In this document: positions 39,357-51,502 of the stretch, one piece after another
How positions within the stretch are numbered: position 1 is the first letter of the stretch
Layout: each line of letters opens with the position of its first letter
DNA from: Paecilomyces variotii
Lineage: Eukaryota
Length of the DNA: 64,000 nucleotides
Direction: 5' to 3' (one strand)
Assembly: GCA_004022145.1 (NCBI GenBank)
Contig: RCNU01000013.1
Made by a program: the position numbers and the translations under genes
The notes under the pieces: generated by a model
Told to the model about the DNA's origin: nothing
The model's database searches: none
The model's input: only the letters and a program-made list of their open reading frames with translations

Positions 39357-42136
39357 TCAAGTCCCCCTCATGCGTGCAAGGAAGGATTTCAGTGTGTTCT
39401 TGCGCCTATCTTGTATTGTGCTCATAAATGCAGGTTCAGGGTGTGTGATGGCGTCTGCGGGAGATATTCCAGGCTCAGCAGTGGGAGATTCATAAACTGA
39501 CTCCGGCTCCGCCGATATGACGTTTTCCACGGCCGAATTCTCTGCTTGCTCATCATCCTGCTGCGCACCTTGCTGCGAACCAAGTTGAGTCGCTATGGCG
39601 CTCAGCCCTGGTCTCGGGAAAATAGACCGTCTTCGACCGATGCCTGCATCTTGGCTAGCTTCGGCCCCTGCTAGTTCGCCAAGATCAACGTTCTTACCCT
39701 CAACTCGTCTGGTGAGGTAGACTTTGGGGTGAGTGCCCTCTCGAGCGAGCCTGCGTTTCCGAATACGCTCTATTTCTTCCCTATAGGCAGTTTCGTATAT
39801 ATCAATGTCTGCTGCGCCAGGGGATTCGCTGACGATCGGAACGTCGTCACTTGGAAATCCAGTGTCGGATGTATTCGTCTTTCCGAGGACTGGAATAATA
39901 ATACCGCCCTGGGATTGCTCCGCATGCTCTTCTATATGTCCTGAAAATGTCGACGGTCCAATGAACAAGTAGGGATGCCCTTCTTCCAGGGGGTCCCGAG
40001 CGTGGCCGCGAGTACCTTCCATGCTTTGTTTTGTTGAGGGAGTACCAGCTCTAGAGATTTGCGAGGCAGAGATACTGCGGTTATCTTCCGACGGTTCACC
40101 AGAAATGCTTTCCGCGAATGGATATTCCCCATTGCATGGGGCTCTTCTTTTAATACCCTGAGAAGGTCGGTTCTCGTCAAAGTTAGACCCTTGCCGTGAG
40201 GATATGCTAGGACGGTCTACCCCTTTCGGTGATTCCGTCCTTTCAGAGACAAGAGGTTGCTGGTGGTAGCCCTGTACAACCAATTCACGTCCTTTCAATG
40301 GTCTGTCATAAGTGTCGAGGCTCTGGGCCTTGGTGGCACCGGTGAAATCCATTCCGGGTATATCAAGGTCCTCTTCAGGCTCCATCGAAAGAGGGGGCTG
40401 CACAAAGTGAGATTCAAATTCCGAACCGAGAATACTCTGCATTGGTGGTCCTTCCTTTGTCGGGTCAAGGAGGCGTTTGAATTTTTGAACAGCTTTTACC
40501 TGCAATACAACAGTTAGCTTAGCCAGACAGAGATGATGGGGTGGACAACGTACAACTACAAAAAGGTTGTTAATATTCTTGGTGATAGCCTCGTTCATTT
40601 CCTCTTCCGTCGGAGGCTCGATTACGCCGGCTGTGTTCTCTTCTTCTGACGGAAGAGGATCTGTGCCATTCTTTGTGACCCACGGGTGCTCCTTCGGACG
40701 GTTAGCCAAACTTCCCCTGCATCGATATTTGAGGACCTCACTCGTAATTCTTGCATCTTTATTCTCTTCTTTGGGTCCTTTTCTAAGATCCTTGACACCA
40801 GATGCTTAAAGTTTTCGTCGGTTTCACCCTCACAATCCACCTCGTCGTTTCTAATGGACTCATAGAGCTCAAATATGCTATGCTTCTCAAAGGGCAGCCG
40901 CCCATATCGAAGACAGAACAGAGTAACACCCATTGACCAGATATCTGTTGCTCGGCCGGAAACGTCTCCATGCTTCACAACACATAGCTCTGGGGGAAAG
41001 AACGCGGGGGAGCCTGCTGACTTCGCCGTATACATATCGGAGTCTTTCTCGAACATCTCTGAAACCCCGAAGTCGACCACCTTTAACACATCGTCACCTG
41101 TCAAAAGACAATTATCCGGTTTAATGTCCCGATGGACGATGCCTTGAGCGTGCAGATATTCAATCCCTAATATGAGATCGCGAAACCAGCAGCGGCAATG
41201 CTCGTCATCGTAAGGATCAGCTCTCTCCTCGAGCCCTACCTTCATGATGACTCCCTTTTTGCACATTTCCATGACCATGTACAAAGAATCTTGGGTGGGG
41301 TCATCAAGCACCTCTATCAAGCCCACAAGGTTATCGTGATGTAGCTTCTTCATAATAGCGATTTCTTCTCGGATAAGATAGAGAGGATCCTTGCTCTGTT
41401 CATCATTGAAGTCCGTCCTCGGGCGCCTAGGGCCACGGGGTCTTCGCAAGACATGGGATTGCGCTCTTTTACGTAGTCGTGACTTGGAGAACTCTTTGAC
41501 TGCCTGCAATACATGGTATGTCAGCTAACCTGAGGGTTGAACGGTCCAATTCCGCTTATATTGAGGTAGACGTCCTGTCAACAGGGGGGCAAGGGGGCTC
41601 ACATATTCTTGTCCATATTGATCTACCGCAACGTGAACAGCCCCAAAAGAGCCCCTCCCAATCTCCTGCTTAATGACGTACTGGTTGATACGGTGTTCTG
41701 ATGTGCCATCATCTTGGCTGGTGGTATACTCCGTGTGGGCATCGAGAGTTTCCTGTCCAGGCCCTTTGTCAGCTCCTCCAATTCATGCTGTATAAGGCTA
41801 TTTGTGGTTAAAACGGACCTTTACACGGCGTGGAATTGAAGGGTTGGCGCGACGTGGTCGTCGATGGCTCTCATACGAGGGAGTCGAACTGAAGAGTCCC
41901 AACACCAACAGTCAGCCGCAAGTCATGCTAATGTGGGAAAGGGAAATGGTAATTGTCTGTGAACTGGGTGAAGAATGCCCAGCCCGGACACACAACGGGT
42001 AGATAATTGCTAGGGCTGCAACATACGCATATCGGATAGGCTTTGGAACTCTAGAGTGTCCGTCGTCGATCAAAGCGCCCTGGATAGGATGCGGGACGGG
42101 ATCTCGCTGCTGCGCTGGGGGGCCTTCGTTGGCCAT
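39357..42136 (-). CDS. cmkC: Calcium/calmodulin-dependent protein kinase kinase (CmkC/Ssp1 family)
   Basis: Exons 42027-42136, 41819-41888, 41603-41752, 40742-41503, 40554-40691 and 39357-40499. Motifs IGRGSFG, AVKEFSK followed by an Arg/Pro-rich insert typical of CaMKK, HRDIKPDN, DFG and AGSPAFFPPE. Confidence 0.92.
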
Positions 42137-42646
42137 TGAACTGCGGGAGCAACCAAGCTGGCACTGCTAGAAGGTTCGCCGGGCGAAAGAAATTACTTGG
42201 AAGAAGGGCTGGAGAGTTTCCAGCTGCGATATGGGCCAAGCTGTTGTACTCAGCTCAGATGGTAAGGCTGAAGTGTGGGGAAGATACTTAAAAGACAGGC
42301 CGATCGAAGGGTGCACCGCCGGAGACTTTCTCGGTCGGATTGACTCCCTCCTAGTCTCTCTAGATAATATTAATCCCGTGGAGGGACTTCCGACCGAGTC
42401 AAGCTTTAGTGAGAAAGAGTTATCATCTATTAGTTAGAGACTTAGAGTAGACCAAGAGCTGTCTATCGATAGACTAGGCGCCCCTCCGCTCAACGTGTTC
42501 TCGACTTCTCACCGCCCACGGGGACGCCAGTTGCACACCATCATTGTTTTCCTATCCAAACCACTCCCAGCTCTTCTCGAGATTCTTCAGCTACCGTTGC
42601 TGGTGCAATTATCAAGGCTGTCCTCGTTAATTTCACCGTTGCTGCC

Positions 42647-43450
42647 ATGACTGTCTATTCCTTCTACATTTTCGACCGCCATGGTAAACACATCACCCCT
42701 CTGATTCCCCGCTGCCCCCCTGAATGCGACTTGGTCGAACACGTGTGCTAACCCGTGTCGCAGCGGAGTGTATCTACAGTCGCCGCTGGCTTTCCCGTCC
42801 AGTGTCCATTGGCAGCAAACCATCGCGTCCTACGTCTGAGACACCTGCTATGAGCAATGGAGTGGCCAAGAGCCCCGGACACCCTCCCCGCAGCGCGGAT
42901 GACGATGCCAAACTGATCTTCGGCACGGTCTTCTCGTTGCGGAATATGGTGCGCAAGCTGGGTGGTGAAGACGATAAGTGAGACTCCTGTTTCAGCAAAG
43001 CTTTCCTGGTCAATGCGTAAAAAGGATACAGCTAACATAAACTTCTTGTTACTAGTTTTATTTCCTACCGCACCAGCCAATACAAATTGCACTATTACGA
43101 GACGCCTACAAATATCAAGTTTGTCATGCTCACAGATACGAAATCACCCAGCATGCGCATAGCCCTCCAGCAGATCTATGTCAACCTCTACGTAGAGTAT
43201 GGTACGTTCGATGTGTCATGTCCAGATAGGCGTCTATGTTCACATGCTAACTCTTCGCTTTTTTCAGTTGTCAAGAATCCACTGTCACCTATAGAGCACC
43301 CTGGTGGAGTTGGTGTCAACAATGAGCTTTTTGAGGAATCCCTCGAACAGTTTGTGGTATGTGCCAGTTAGCCTGTTATTTTCCAGGACTTTCGTTCTTC
43401 AAATCGATGACTGATATCTGACTGTTTTGTAGACTCGGGTGCTTGCCTAA
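42647..43450 (+). CDS. bet5: TRAPP complex subunit Bet5 (TRAPPC1, sybindin-like)
   Basis: Four introns. MTVYSFYIFDRH|AECIY...AKLIFGTVFSLRNMVRKL...YKLHYYETPTNIKFVMLTD...LYVEYVVKNPL; TAA at 43448-43450. Confidence 0.93.
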
Positions 43451-46400
43451 ATGCCTCTAGCAGCACTTCCACCGAATACGCTTATGCTGGTTACAGCATT
43501 ATCATTCTCAATATCTGTGCCAGCGACATAAGATCAATATGTTCGAGTCTTAAAGAAGGCCCTTGCGAGCTGAGGCGCGAAGCACCTATATCGCAAGTTC
43601 GCTCGTCGCCCGTAAGCACTCTCACCATTAACCCTGCGCTGCGATTCTTGTTCCGGACGCATGAAAGGATATCCAGAGTCTATGCGATGGTCAGATGGGG
43701 TATCCCGTCGCGTATGTAAAGACGGTGAAACGACCGCTCAGCATCTTCAATAAGTTTCGTCTTTTTGGAATCTGCCGTGATGCCAAAGGATCAACTATTG
43801 GACTCGGGCGGCAACAAGCGTCATGACCGTTATGACCGTTACCCTTATGGGCTTCCACGACTATTTCCTGACCAATAGCGCTGGATTCTGGTCTCAACAT
43901 TCTATGGGAAATATCATGTTTACGAACGTCAGGAAGTTGGAAATATGGATTCCCTGTGTATGTCCATGCCATCGTTTCGAAGCTGTCGACATACTCATCA
44001 GCAAGGCCAGTCTCTTTGACCCGCGGAAGCGTCAAATCCCGCACCGGCCTTCGATCACAAAAGGACAAAGAAAATATTTTGGGGCCAAAGTCCACCATGA
44101 ATGGTCCGCACGAGCGGAACTCCATACATGACAGGGGAGTCGTTTCCCCTCTGTTCGATACTCCTTGACCAGTCGATGCCGCATGTCGACGGGGAGAAAC
44201 TGCTCACCTACTATTGGACTGGCGGCAGTTCCCGCGACATGGATAACGAACGTTTGTGTTGGGATGACAAGGGTGTTTCATCAATGCCTGTCTAACTAAC
44301 AGGATAGCTTTATAATCGGGGACGGGGAAGATAGCAGCAAAATCAAGCTTTTGAAAAGTTATCTGTTTCCAGCAGTAGTACAATAGTCCTACGCAATCTT
44401 CACATGTCTCCTAGAGGATAACCACCTACATTTCTCCTACAGTTCTCCTCAGGATACATCGTTGGCTCACAGCACTGTTATGACCAGTGGCGTGACCTCA
44501 TCTTTTGTACACGTAATGCGAGTACGAAGTACTGTAATCTACTTAAGTTGACAACACTTTCCCATTGGTGCTGATTTGTCATCGTCCATATTCGTTGGTC
44601 TATACACAATCTACCTTATCTAGTACTGTAGGCAAGGACCTGATTCCGATTGCTTATTAGAATCATCTTGCCTTCATCTCTGTGCCTTCGTGTCAAGAAC
44701 AGAGCGGTCCTCACTCCTTCGATAAAAACTGAGTACTACACTGGATATACCCATCTTACAGCCAAGAAAAGAACATCAACCCTATTACATCAACAGAAAA
44801 AAAAAGCTGAAGGGAATAATCAAATTTCCCCCTCCAGCCTCAGATACCTAGTAGGTAAAGTATATACTACCATACAGGCATATACATAAAGCATATCTAA
44901 GCAAGTAATTATATATTTAAGTCCGTATTCATATAACCACAGTGTGTACTGTATGTAATAAGAAACGAACCAGGAAATAACTACTCTTCTCCCCCCTTCC
45001 CCGGACGCGGATATTTTGCCAAGCAGTCAGTGGAAGTTGAAAACAGAACGAAATTATAAATAGTTAAAATGTCAACATTCGAAGAAACAATGTAATTACT
45101 GCTAATGTTGAATTTGATGCTCTTTTTTCCGACTGATATATGTACTTTCTCCTTTGAGCAAATGCTGTGACGAGCTAGATACTGACTAGTTAGTAACTGG
45201 GACAGCTTAGTTTTGAATTTAAAATTTACTGCTTATGAGCTTGTGAGATAGGTCTATGTATGTATGTATGTACTTTTTTTTTTGGATTCTTGCTGCTGTT
45301 TTCATAACGGGATAGACCCTGTAGGTGAGAGATATTTATTCACGAGTATGTCCGCAGTTATGTTGAATGGAGGGGCTGGACGTTGCTAGTTAGTTAGTTA
45401 ACTAGCTTGTGTCCAGCCTTGTATAATTTCCAGTTGCACTCGAGGTTATTTGGAAAATTAAATCCATTTACTTCGGAATCCGTAGTAATTTCCTGCCAAT
45501 GCTAGAGAGTAAGGAAGTATTATTTGCTCCAGAGCATTGTTGGTCGACTTGTGGGGCACAAATTGACCATGCGAGCAATAATAAGCAAGCAAGTAGCATT
45601 TTCAGCCACAGCAGAGCAGCCGCCGATTGCTGTTGTACATACTCTATTGCACATACTGTGCGCCCTGTTGTACTGTACAACTACAACATCTCACTTCATC
45701 CTAACTACTACTGCGGTGTAAGACACTTCAGATAAGTGCCCCTGCAATTTGTACTGTAGTTCCTGAAAGCAAGGGGACTAAGTTCCCTTGATATGCGGCA
45801 GATTTCAAATCCGACTACCTTAACTTTTTCATTTTCTATGCAAGCGCCCCCCCTCCCAACGGTTAAATTCAGCTTTTGTGCGACATAGGGCGTCCAAAGA
45901 TAGCTCTCTGTGGCTGATAGACTATTCTTGATAGGTTTTATTAATCGATATGCGGTTTCAGCCGCAGTTGTGTGTATGTACCTAAATGGAGCTCGTCCGT
46001 AGGGGGCGTTGACTATTGAAATGATCTGTGCTGAGTCGCTGACTCTGGTAGGTACAGTGCCTCGAACTTGACCGTTAACTGATTATTATATACCCAATTC
46101 AACCAGTCTCACTCACCTATTATTATTATTAATAGGTTAATGCGGATAATTTTCTGTGCGGTAGTGTTTCTAGACACTCAGTTAACAAAAAAAAAGGAAG
46201 GGGAGACGAATCAACGCCGGTGTTGAACGATTCATGAGCTACTCCACTATGTGTTCAAACTTCAAAGTAGTGCCGCCAAGATCACACAGTTAAGTAGTGC
46301 TAGCGCAGCTTGCTAGATCTGACGCTGCAAGAGCAGGGTATGTAAGAGATAAAAGACACCTAGTCCTTTTTCCGGAAAGAAACACGAGATTTGAAGGTCA

Positions 46401-47005
46401 AAAACATGAGATATGAGAGCCTCTCGAAACTGTTTCTAGACTTCACGTTGGAGAATGCAACATTCTACTCGCTGTCGGATGGTAGATACGGTGTAACCTG
46501 GGAGCTGATAGCAAGTACAGTACATAGTTACTGTACATATGGTGGATGCGGCGCAGAAAGACTGACGACCTGTCTCATGCATGGTACAGTTACTACAGTA
46601 GATATTTCCTTTTTTTTTTCACCTAGGTGACTTGTAGGAAAGGTAAGCTCCATAATAACATTGTTGTTTTCTCATAATGATGCATCAGCGATAATTGAAT
46701 GCCCACTTAGATAGTCGACGTAGCCCTGTGGATCTGTGGCAGTTCAACTTAAAAACGGAGCCCCGATCGTCCGGCCGCTCCCTTGTGGCTTCCGGACACT
46801 ACCGCAGGGCGAAGCAACTTACCACAACCAAGCATTATTATTGTTACCCGAACGAAAGACCACGGGAAACGAGCTCACCGCAACACCCGCCGCAACCATA
46901 CAACCGGCCGCTCGCGCACATGTGTCTTCAAGATCTTAGTCTGATAAGCTGAACTGGCATCGTTGCGGTGTGGCTGGGGTCTTTTCTGTCCCAACGTGGA
47001 GAGTT

Positions 47006-47849
47006 GCCAGGATCAGCCATTTGCCGGACGGCCATGGCATTTCATCTAGCTAACGCTGCCAGTAAGAAAACGGCACGGCGATCTCGGAACGGAAACAAAC
47101 CGTTGCTTTTCAACCTTCCCAGGCAGGAAAGGCTTGCTGCTGCTAACAGCTTACTCTATGGTACTACGTACTCCTCCAGGCGCCCTTCTTGGATAATTCA
47201 AAATTTTGGTGGGCTCCTGGGACACGGCATGCGACCAATATTCGCGCATCCACCGTTGTCATGATCTTTGGTAATAATTGCATACAGATCAGTCCCGAGG
47301 TGGTGAATAATGACCAGGATGGAACAAGGTAGCCAAGAGACAAGGGAGCCGCGGTGATAGGCTCTGAGAAATCCCTCGTTCTCAACCTCTGGCTACGTCA
47401 AACCACGGTCGTTCGGATAGATGCCTGCCAAGGGAACTATTCCCGTGATAAGATTCATGACGAGATCAAGAAATAATAATAATCTCCTTTGCCTGGCGGT
47501 TATTTCCGGTTTCAACATTGTTGTTCACCAGTAAATCTACTATACTCTGCTGATAGAGGCACCACCCCTGGCGGCAGTGGCGGCGGTACTCAGCCATAGT
47601 ACAAGTAATAGTTCACGGCAGATGGTCTCGACCATCTTCGATTAAATGTGGGAGCTGCCAAGGTTGAAAAAAGAAAAGAAAAAAGGTTCCAAGTAACAGG
47701 TCTAGATTTTCTGCTGCTGTGAGATGTATACCAATATTATTACCAACTATGTTGCGGGCGTCAAGGGAATGTCTACGTGCAGGTCATCTTCCGCGCACAG
47801 AGCTTGTCTGTGACAGACACCCAAAAAGGGACATGTGCATTCGGCCAAG
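47006..47849. promoter_or_regulatory. Cluster of 7 PacC/Rim101 consensus sites (GCCARG) upstream of halA
   Basis: GCCARG or its complement at 47006, 47332, 47427, 47492, 47567, 47657 and 47844. Confidence 0.55.
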
Positions 47850-49891
47850 GATCTTGACCCCGTCTTTTCAATGACTGAATAGGACTAATTGCCCAGAGAG
47901 GACCGTCCTCGGGACGAGGCCGTCAAGGAATGAAGACAAGAAGAATGGCGCTTTAGTCAAGACAATCATCCGTACCCCGCGTGCTTCCCCGCCTACGCCC
48001 ATACGCTTAATCGCTCGAGACACGACCGGTCATCTGAGGTTTCCTCCTTCATGCCAGCCTTGGAAGTCATTATCTATTAATCACAGCGCACGAAAGATGA
48101 CGATGCTACCCCGCCATATGCTGACGATCTATAGTGTCGGCGCGTCGTACCATATGAAATAAACGCCACTGTCACGGAGAAAAGGGAAACGACATCTTCT
48201 TTCGAATATAATCACATCAATCGTTGGCTCATTATTGGAATCAGCATATCATGAAGTTGATACGGTCTAAGGGATACAAATACCCTTGTTTGAACTGAGG
48301 AATGGCCGTGGCTTGCAGAACAGGTATGTACTGTATGTACGTACTACATGTGCATACTGTATATATGTACTGTACATAAAATCAAGGCGGCACTTGGACT
48401 TAGTTATAAACGATGTGTTTTCATTGGGACAAATCACCAGCGCCGCCACAGTTCGAAGATCCGTAGCAGAGCGTCCTTGAGGGGGACGAGTTAATGTGCC
48501 CGGGAAACCCTCGAATAAGACCGCGTGAGCTTGCACAGCCTCAATGAAACTTCCAGTTGCTGGGGATCCGGTGCCTCTGTGTCGGTTGACGAACGACGTC
48601 ACACCATCGCGATCTTGTCGAGAACACTCGCAGTAGTTTAGTTAGTATGTATGGATGTATGGATGTACAGCATATACCATACGTAGGTACTATAGTTACA
48701 GGTCGAGAGCATGGAATGACCCGATGTCAGGCATTCAGTCACCCGGGCAGGACCGTTATGAATCGTGCCACCCGGAGTAATTCATTAACGAATAACTCAA
48801 GTTAATATGTATGCTGCTCTGTTGTAACGAAACGTATGATCTCTGGCTAAATCATTAATAAGTTGCCGCCAGGCATTCCCTAAAGCAGAAGGTTTCAAGC
48901 TTTCCCCCGAGGAATCTCCATCGTTTGGACCCCTCCTCTCTCGAGGCAGCAGATAACTAGTTAACTAATCTGCCACTGAGACAATTAACTAATTCATTAC
49001 CGAGCAGAAACCGGCAGGCAGCGGCAGCCGAGGGAGGGCGGTAAGGTACGGTACGGTTATGGTAAGGTAAGGCCCGGCTTCGCTACACTGGTATTAGTCC
49101 AGAGTTAACAAGATTTGGGATTTGGTATTACCGTGAGAAGGCGGAAGAAGAAGAAGAAGAATCTCGTAAGGGTAACAATCATATTTGTTAACTAGTTAAC
49201 TAGACTAGCATGTAAATTATCTTACTCGATCCTGACAAAGGGCTGGCTGCTCTCCTTTCGACGAAAGAAAAAAAAAAAAAGCTTTCTCTCTGGCTGGCGT
49301 CCGCTGGGGGTTCCCACCCTCGACCGTAAGGTTAAAGGGCCCATTCTCTCTTGCTGAAGCCCTTCCGGCACAAAAAGGCATATTAGTTATTTCATTCAGC
49401 CACCCATCGCATCCCATCCTCTTTGCCCGTCCATTTCTCTCTGGACCCTTTTCCTTCTACCGAGTACACACCTGCTCCGCCCTCTACTATCTAGATATCT
49501 TCTCCCCCGACACACAGAGAACAACTTGAACAACCAGAAAATCCTTGTTTTGCGGGTGCAGCCAGCACCGTCCCTTTACAGGGCTCGTCCCATCTGAGCA
49601 TTCCGTGCCTCGTTGCGCGGTGCTCTCGTGCCCAGTGTCGCTTTCGTCACTCCACCCCCCCGGCGGATTCTGGCGGCGCGCTTCTGGACCACGCCTCTCA
49701 AGACAACCTCCCGTTTTTTACCTCCCCATCGCCCAGGGCGGCGCACCAAGCCAATTTTCTCTCGACAGCTTCAGCTTCCTCCTCCGTGTGAGCTGAATCT
49801 GTGTTAATTCGCCTTTTCTCTTGTCTCTTCTCCATCCTCAGGGCACTTTTTCTGTGCCTTTGAATCTCAGACCCCGCCTGATCGACCGCAC

Positions 49892-51502
49892 ATGACTCCC
49901 CCGCCCGCTTCACCTGTACCTTCCGCACTCTCTTCAACAGCGACATCCCAGGCTTCACACGATCGCAGAGATGGAGAGCCGCAGCTAGCACGCGCGGTGG
50001 AGGACCTTCACCTGGGCGCTCCGGTGACCGGTGATGTCCTGCCATCGGCCTCTCCGTCCAAGCCTCCCAAAGCTAGTATGGCGAATCGCCTGTCGCGCAT
50101 GTTCTCTCAGACCGGAAAATCGTCCCCCAGGGAACAAAAGGAACCAGAGCCCCCGAAGGAACAAGTGTCAGATAGCGGATCTGACAGTGCCAAGGGCTCT
50201 GCCAATGGTATTGCAAGACAGTCCAGACCAACCTCCAAACCCAACTCCAAGCCCCCCTCGCGACAGACGTCGACGAAAGGCGATGGCGAAAAGAAGCCTG
50301 GCTTTTTCGGCCAGAAAGAGGGCGCTCTTGTCCACAAACGATTCGAACTATACCAGGATGGCTCTCATGCTCACTTCCTGAAGAGCGCGCGGAGACAAGA
50401 GAAACTATCGAATTTGCTGCGTGACATGCTAGGTGGCGGGAAAAAGAAGGACGACTACGTGGATGACCAACAGCTGTCGCTCATGCAGACATGGGTCGAT
50501 CAGCTGAAGACGGAGCGGGATAAGCTGGCTGCGGACAAGAAGGGAGGTCCGAATGCAACTGCATCCCTAGTCGACAAGTACGGCAAATGCCAGGAGATCG
50601 TCGGACGCGGTGCCTTTGGCATCGTCCGTATATCCCACAAGGTGGACCCTAAGGACTCGAAAGTGGAACAACTCTACGCAGTCAAGGAGTTCCGTCGTCG
50701 GCCGCAGGAGACGGCCAAGAAATATCAAAAGCGCCTGACTTCAGAGTTCTGCATCTCCTCTTCTCTGCGTCACCCGAATGTCATCCACACCCTCGATCTG
50801 CTCCAAGATTCCAAGGGTGATTACTGCGAGGTCATGGAATACTGCGCCGGAGGTGATCTATATACCCTGGTCCTGGCCGCTGGAAAGCTTGAAGTTGCTG
50901 AAGCAGATTGCTATTTCAAACAGTTGATGCGTGGCGTGGAATATATGCACGAAATGGGAGTCGCTCACCGCGATCTGAAACCGGAGAATCTACTGCTGAC
51001 CACTCACGGTGCCTTGAAAATCACGGATTTTGGGAATGGCGAGTGCTTTCGCATGGCCTGGGAGAAGGAAGCTCACATGACTGCCGGTCTGTGCGGGTCT
51101 GCTCCTTATATTGCCCCTGAAGAATACGTGGACAAGGAATTTGACCCGAGAGCTGTCGATGTCTGGGCGACCGGTGTCATTTACATGGCAATGAGGACTG
51201 GCAGACATCTCTGGCGGTTGGCCCGTAAGGAGGAGGATGAGTTCTACCGCCGGTATTTGGAAGGTCGGAGAGATGAGGACGGTTACGCTCCCATTGAGAC
51301 CTTGCACAGGGTAAGAAAAAACCGCCTGATAGCCGCGTACAATCAGGGTTCCCAGACTGACATGCAACAGGCCCGTTGCCGTAACGTCATCTACTCCATT
51401 CTTGATCCGAACCCTTCCCGTCGCATCACTGCCTCGCAGGTTCTCAAATCCGAATGGGTTCGGGAGATTAAGTTGTGCAAGGCTGGCGAGGAAGGGTTTT
51501 GA
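49892..51502 (+). CDS. halA: Ser/Thr kinase of the Hal4/Sat4 family (cation homeostasis), HalA
   Basis: KYGKCQEIVGRGAFG, YAVKEFRRR...KRLTSEFCISSSLRHPN, EVMEYCAGGDL, HRDLKPEN, DFGNGECF and CGSAPYIAPEEY match Sat4/Hal4. One intron at 51311-51370. Probable 5'UTR intron 49788-49841. Confidence 0.92.
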   Translation: MTPPPASPVPSALSSTATSQASHDRRDGEPQLARAVEDLHLGAPVTGDVLPSASPSKPPKASMANRLSRMFSQTGKSSPREQKEPEPPKEQVSDSGSDSAKGSANGIARQSRPTSKPNSKPPSRQTSTKGDGEKKPGFFGQKEGALVHKRFELYQDGSHAHFLKSARRQEKLSNLLRDMLGGGKKKDDYVDDQQLSLMQTWVDQLKTERDKLAADKKGGPNATASLVDKYGKCQEIVGRGAFGIVRISHKVDPKDSKVEQLYAVKEFRRRPQETAKKYQKRLTSEFCISSSLRHPNVIHTLDLLQDSKGDYCEVMEYCAGGDLYTLVLAAGKLEVAEADCYFKQLMRGVEYMHEMGVAHRDLKPENLLLTTHGALKITDFGNGECFRMAWEKEAHMTAGLCGSAPYIAPEEYVDKEFDPRAVDVWATGVIYMAMRTGRHLWRLARKEEDEFYRRYLEGRRDEDGYAPIETLHRVRKNRLIAAYNQGSQTDMQQARCRNVIYSILDPNPSRRITASQVLKSEWVREIKLCKAGEEGF

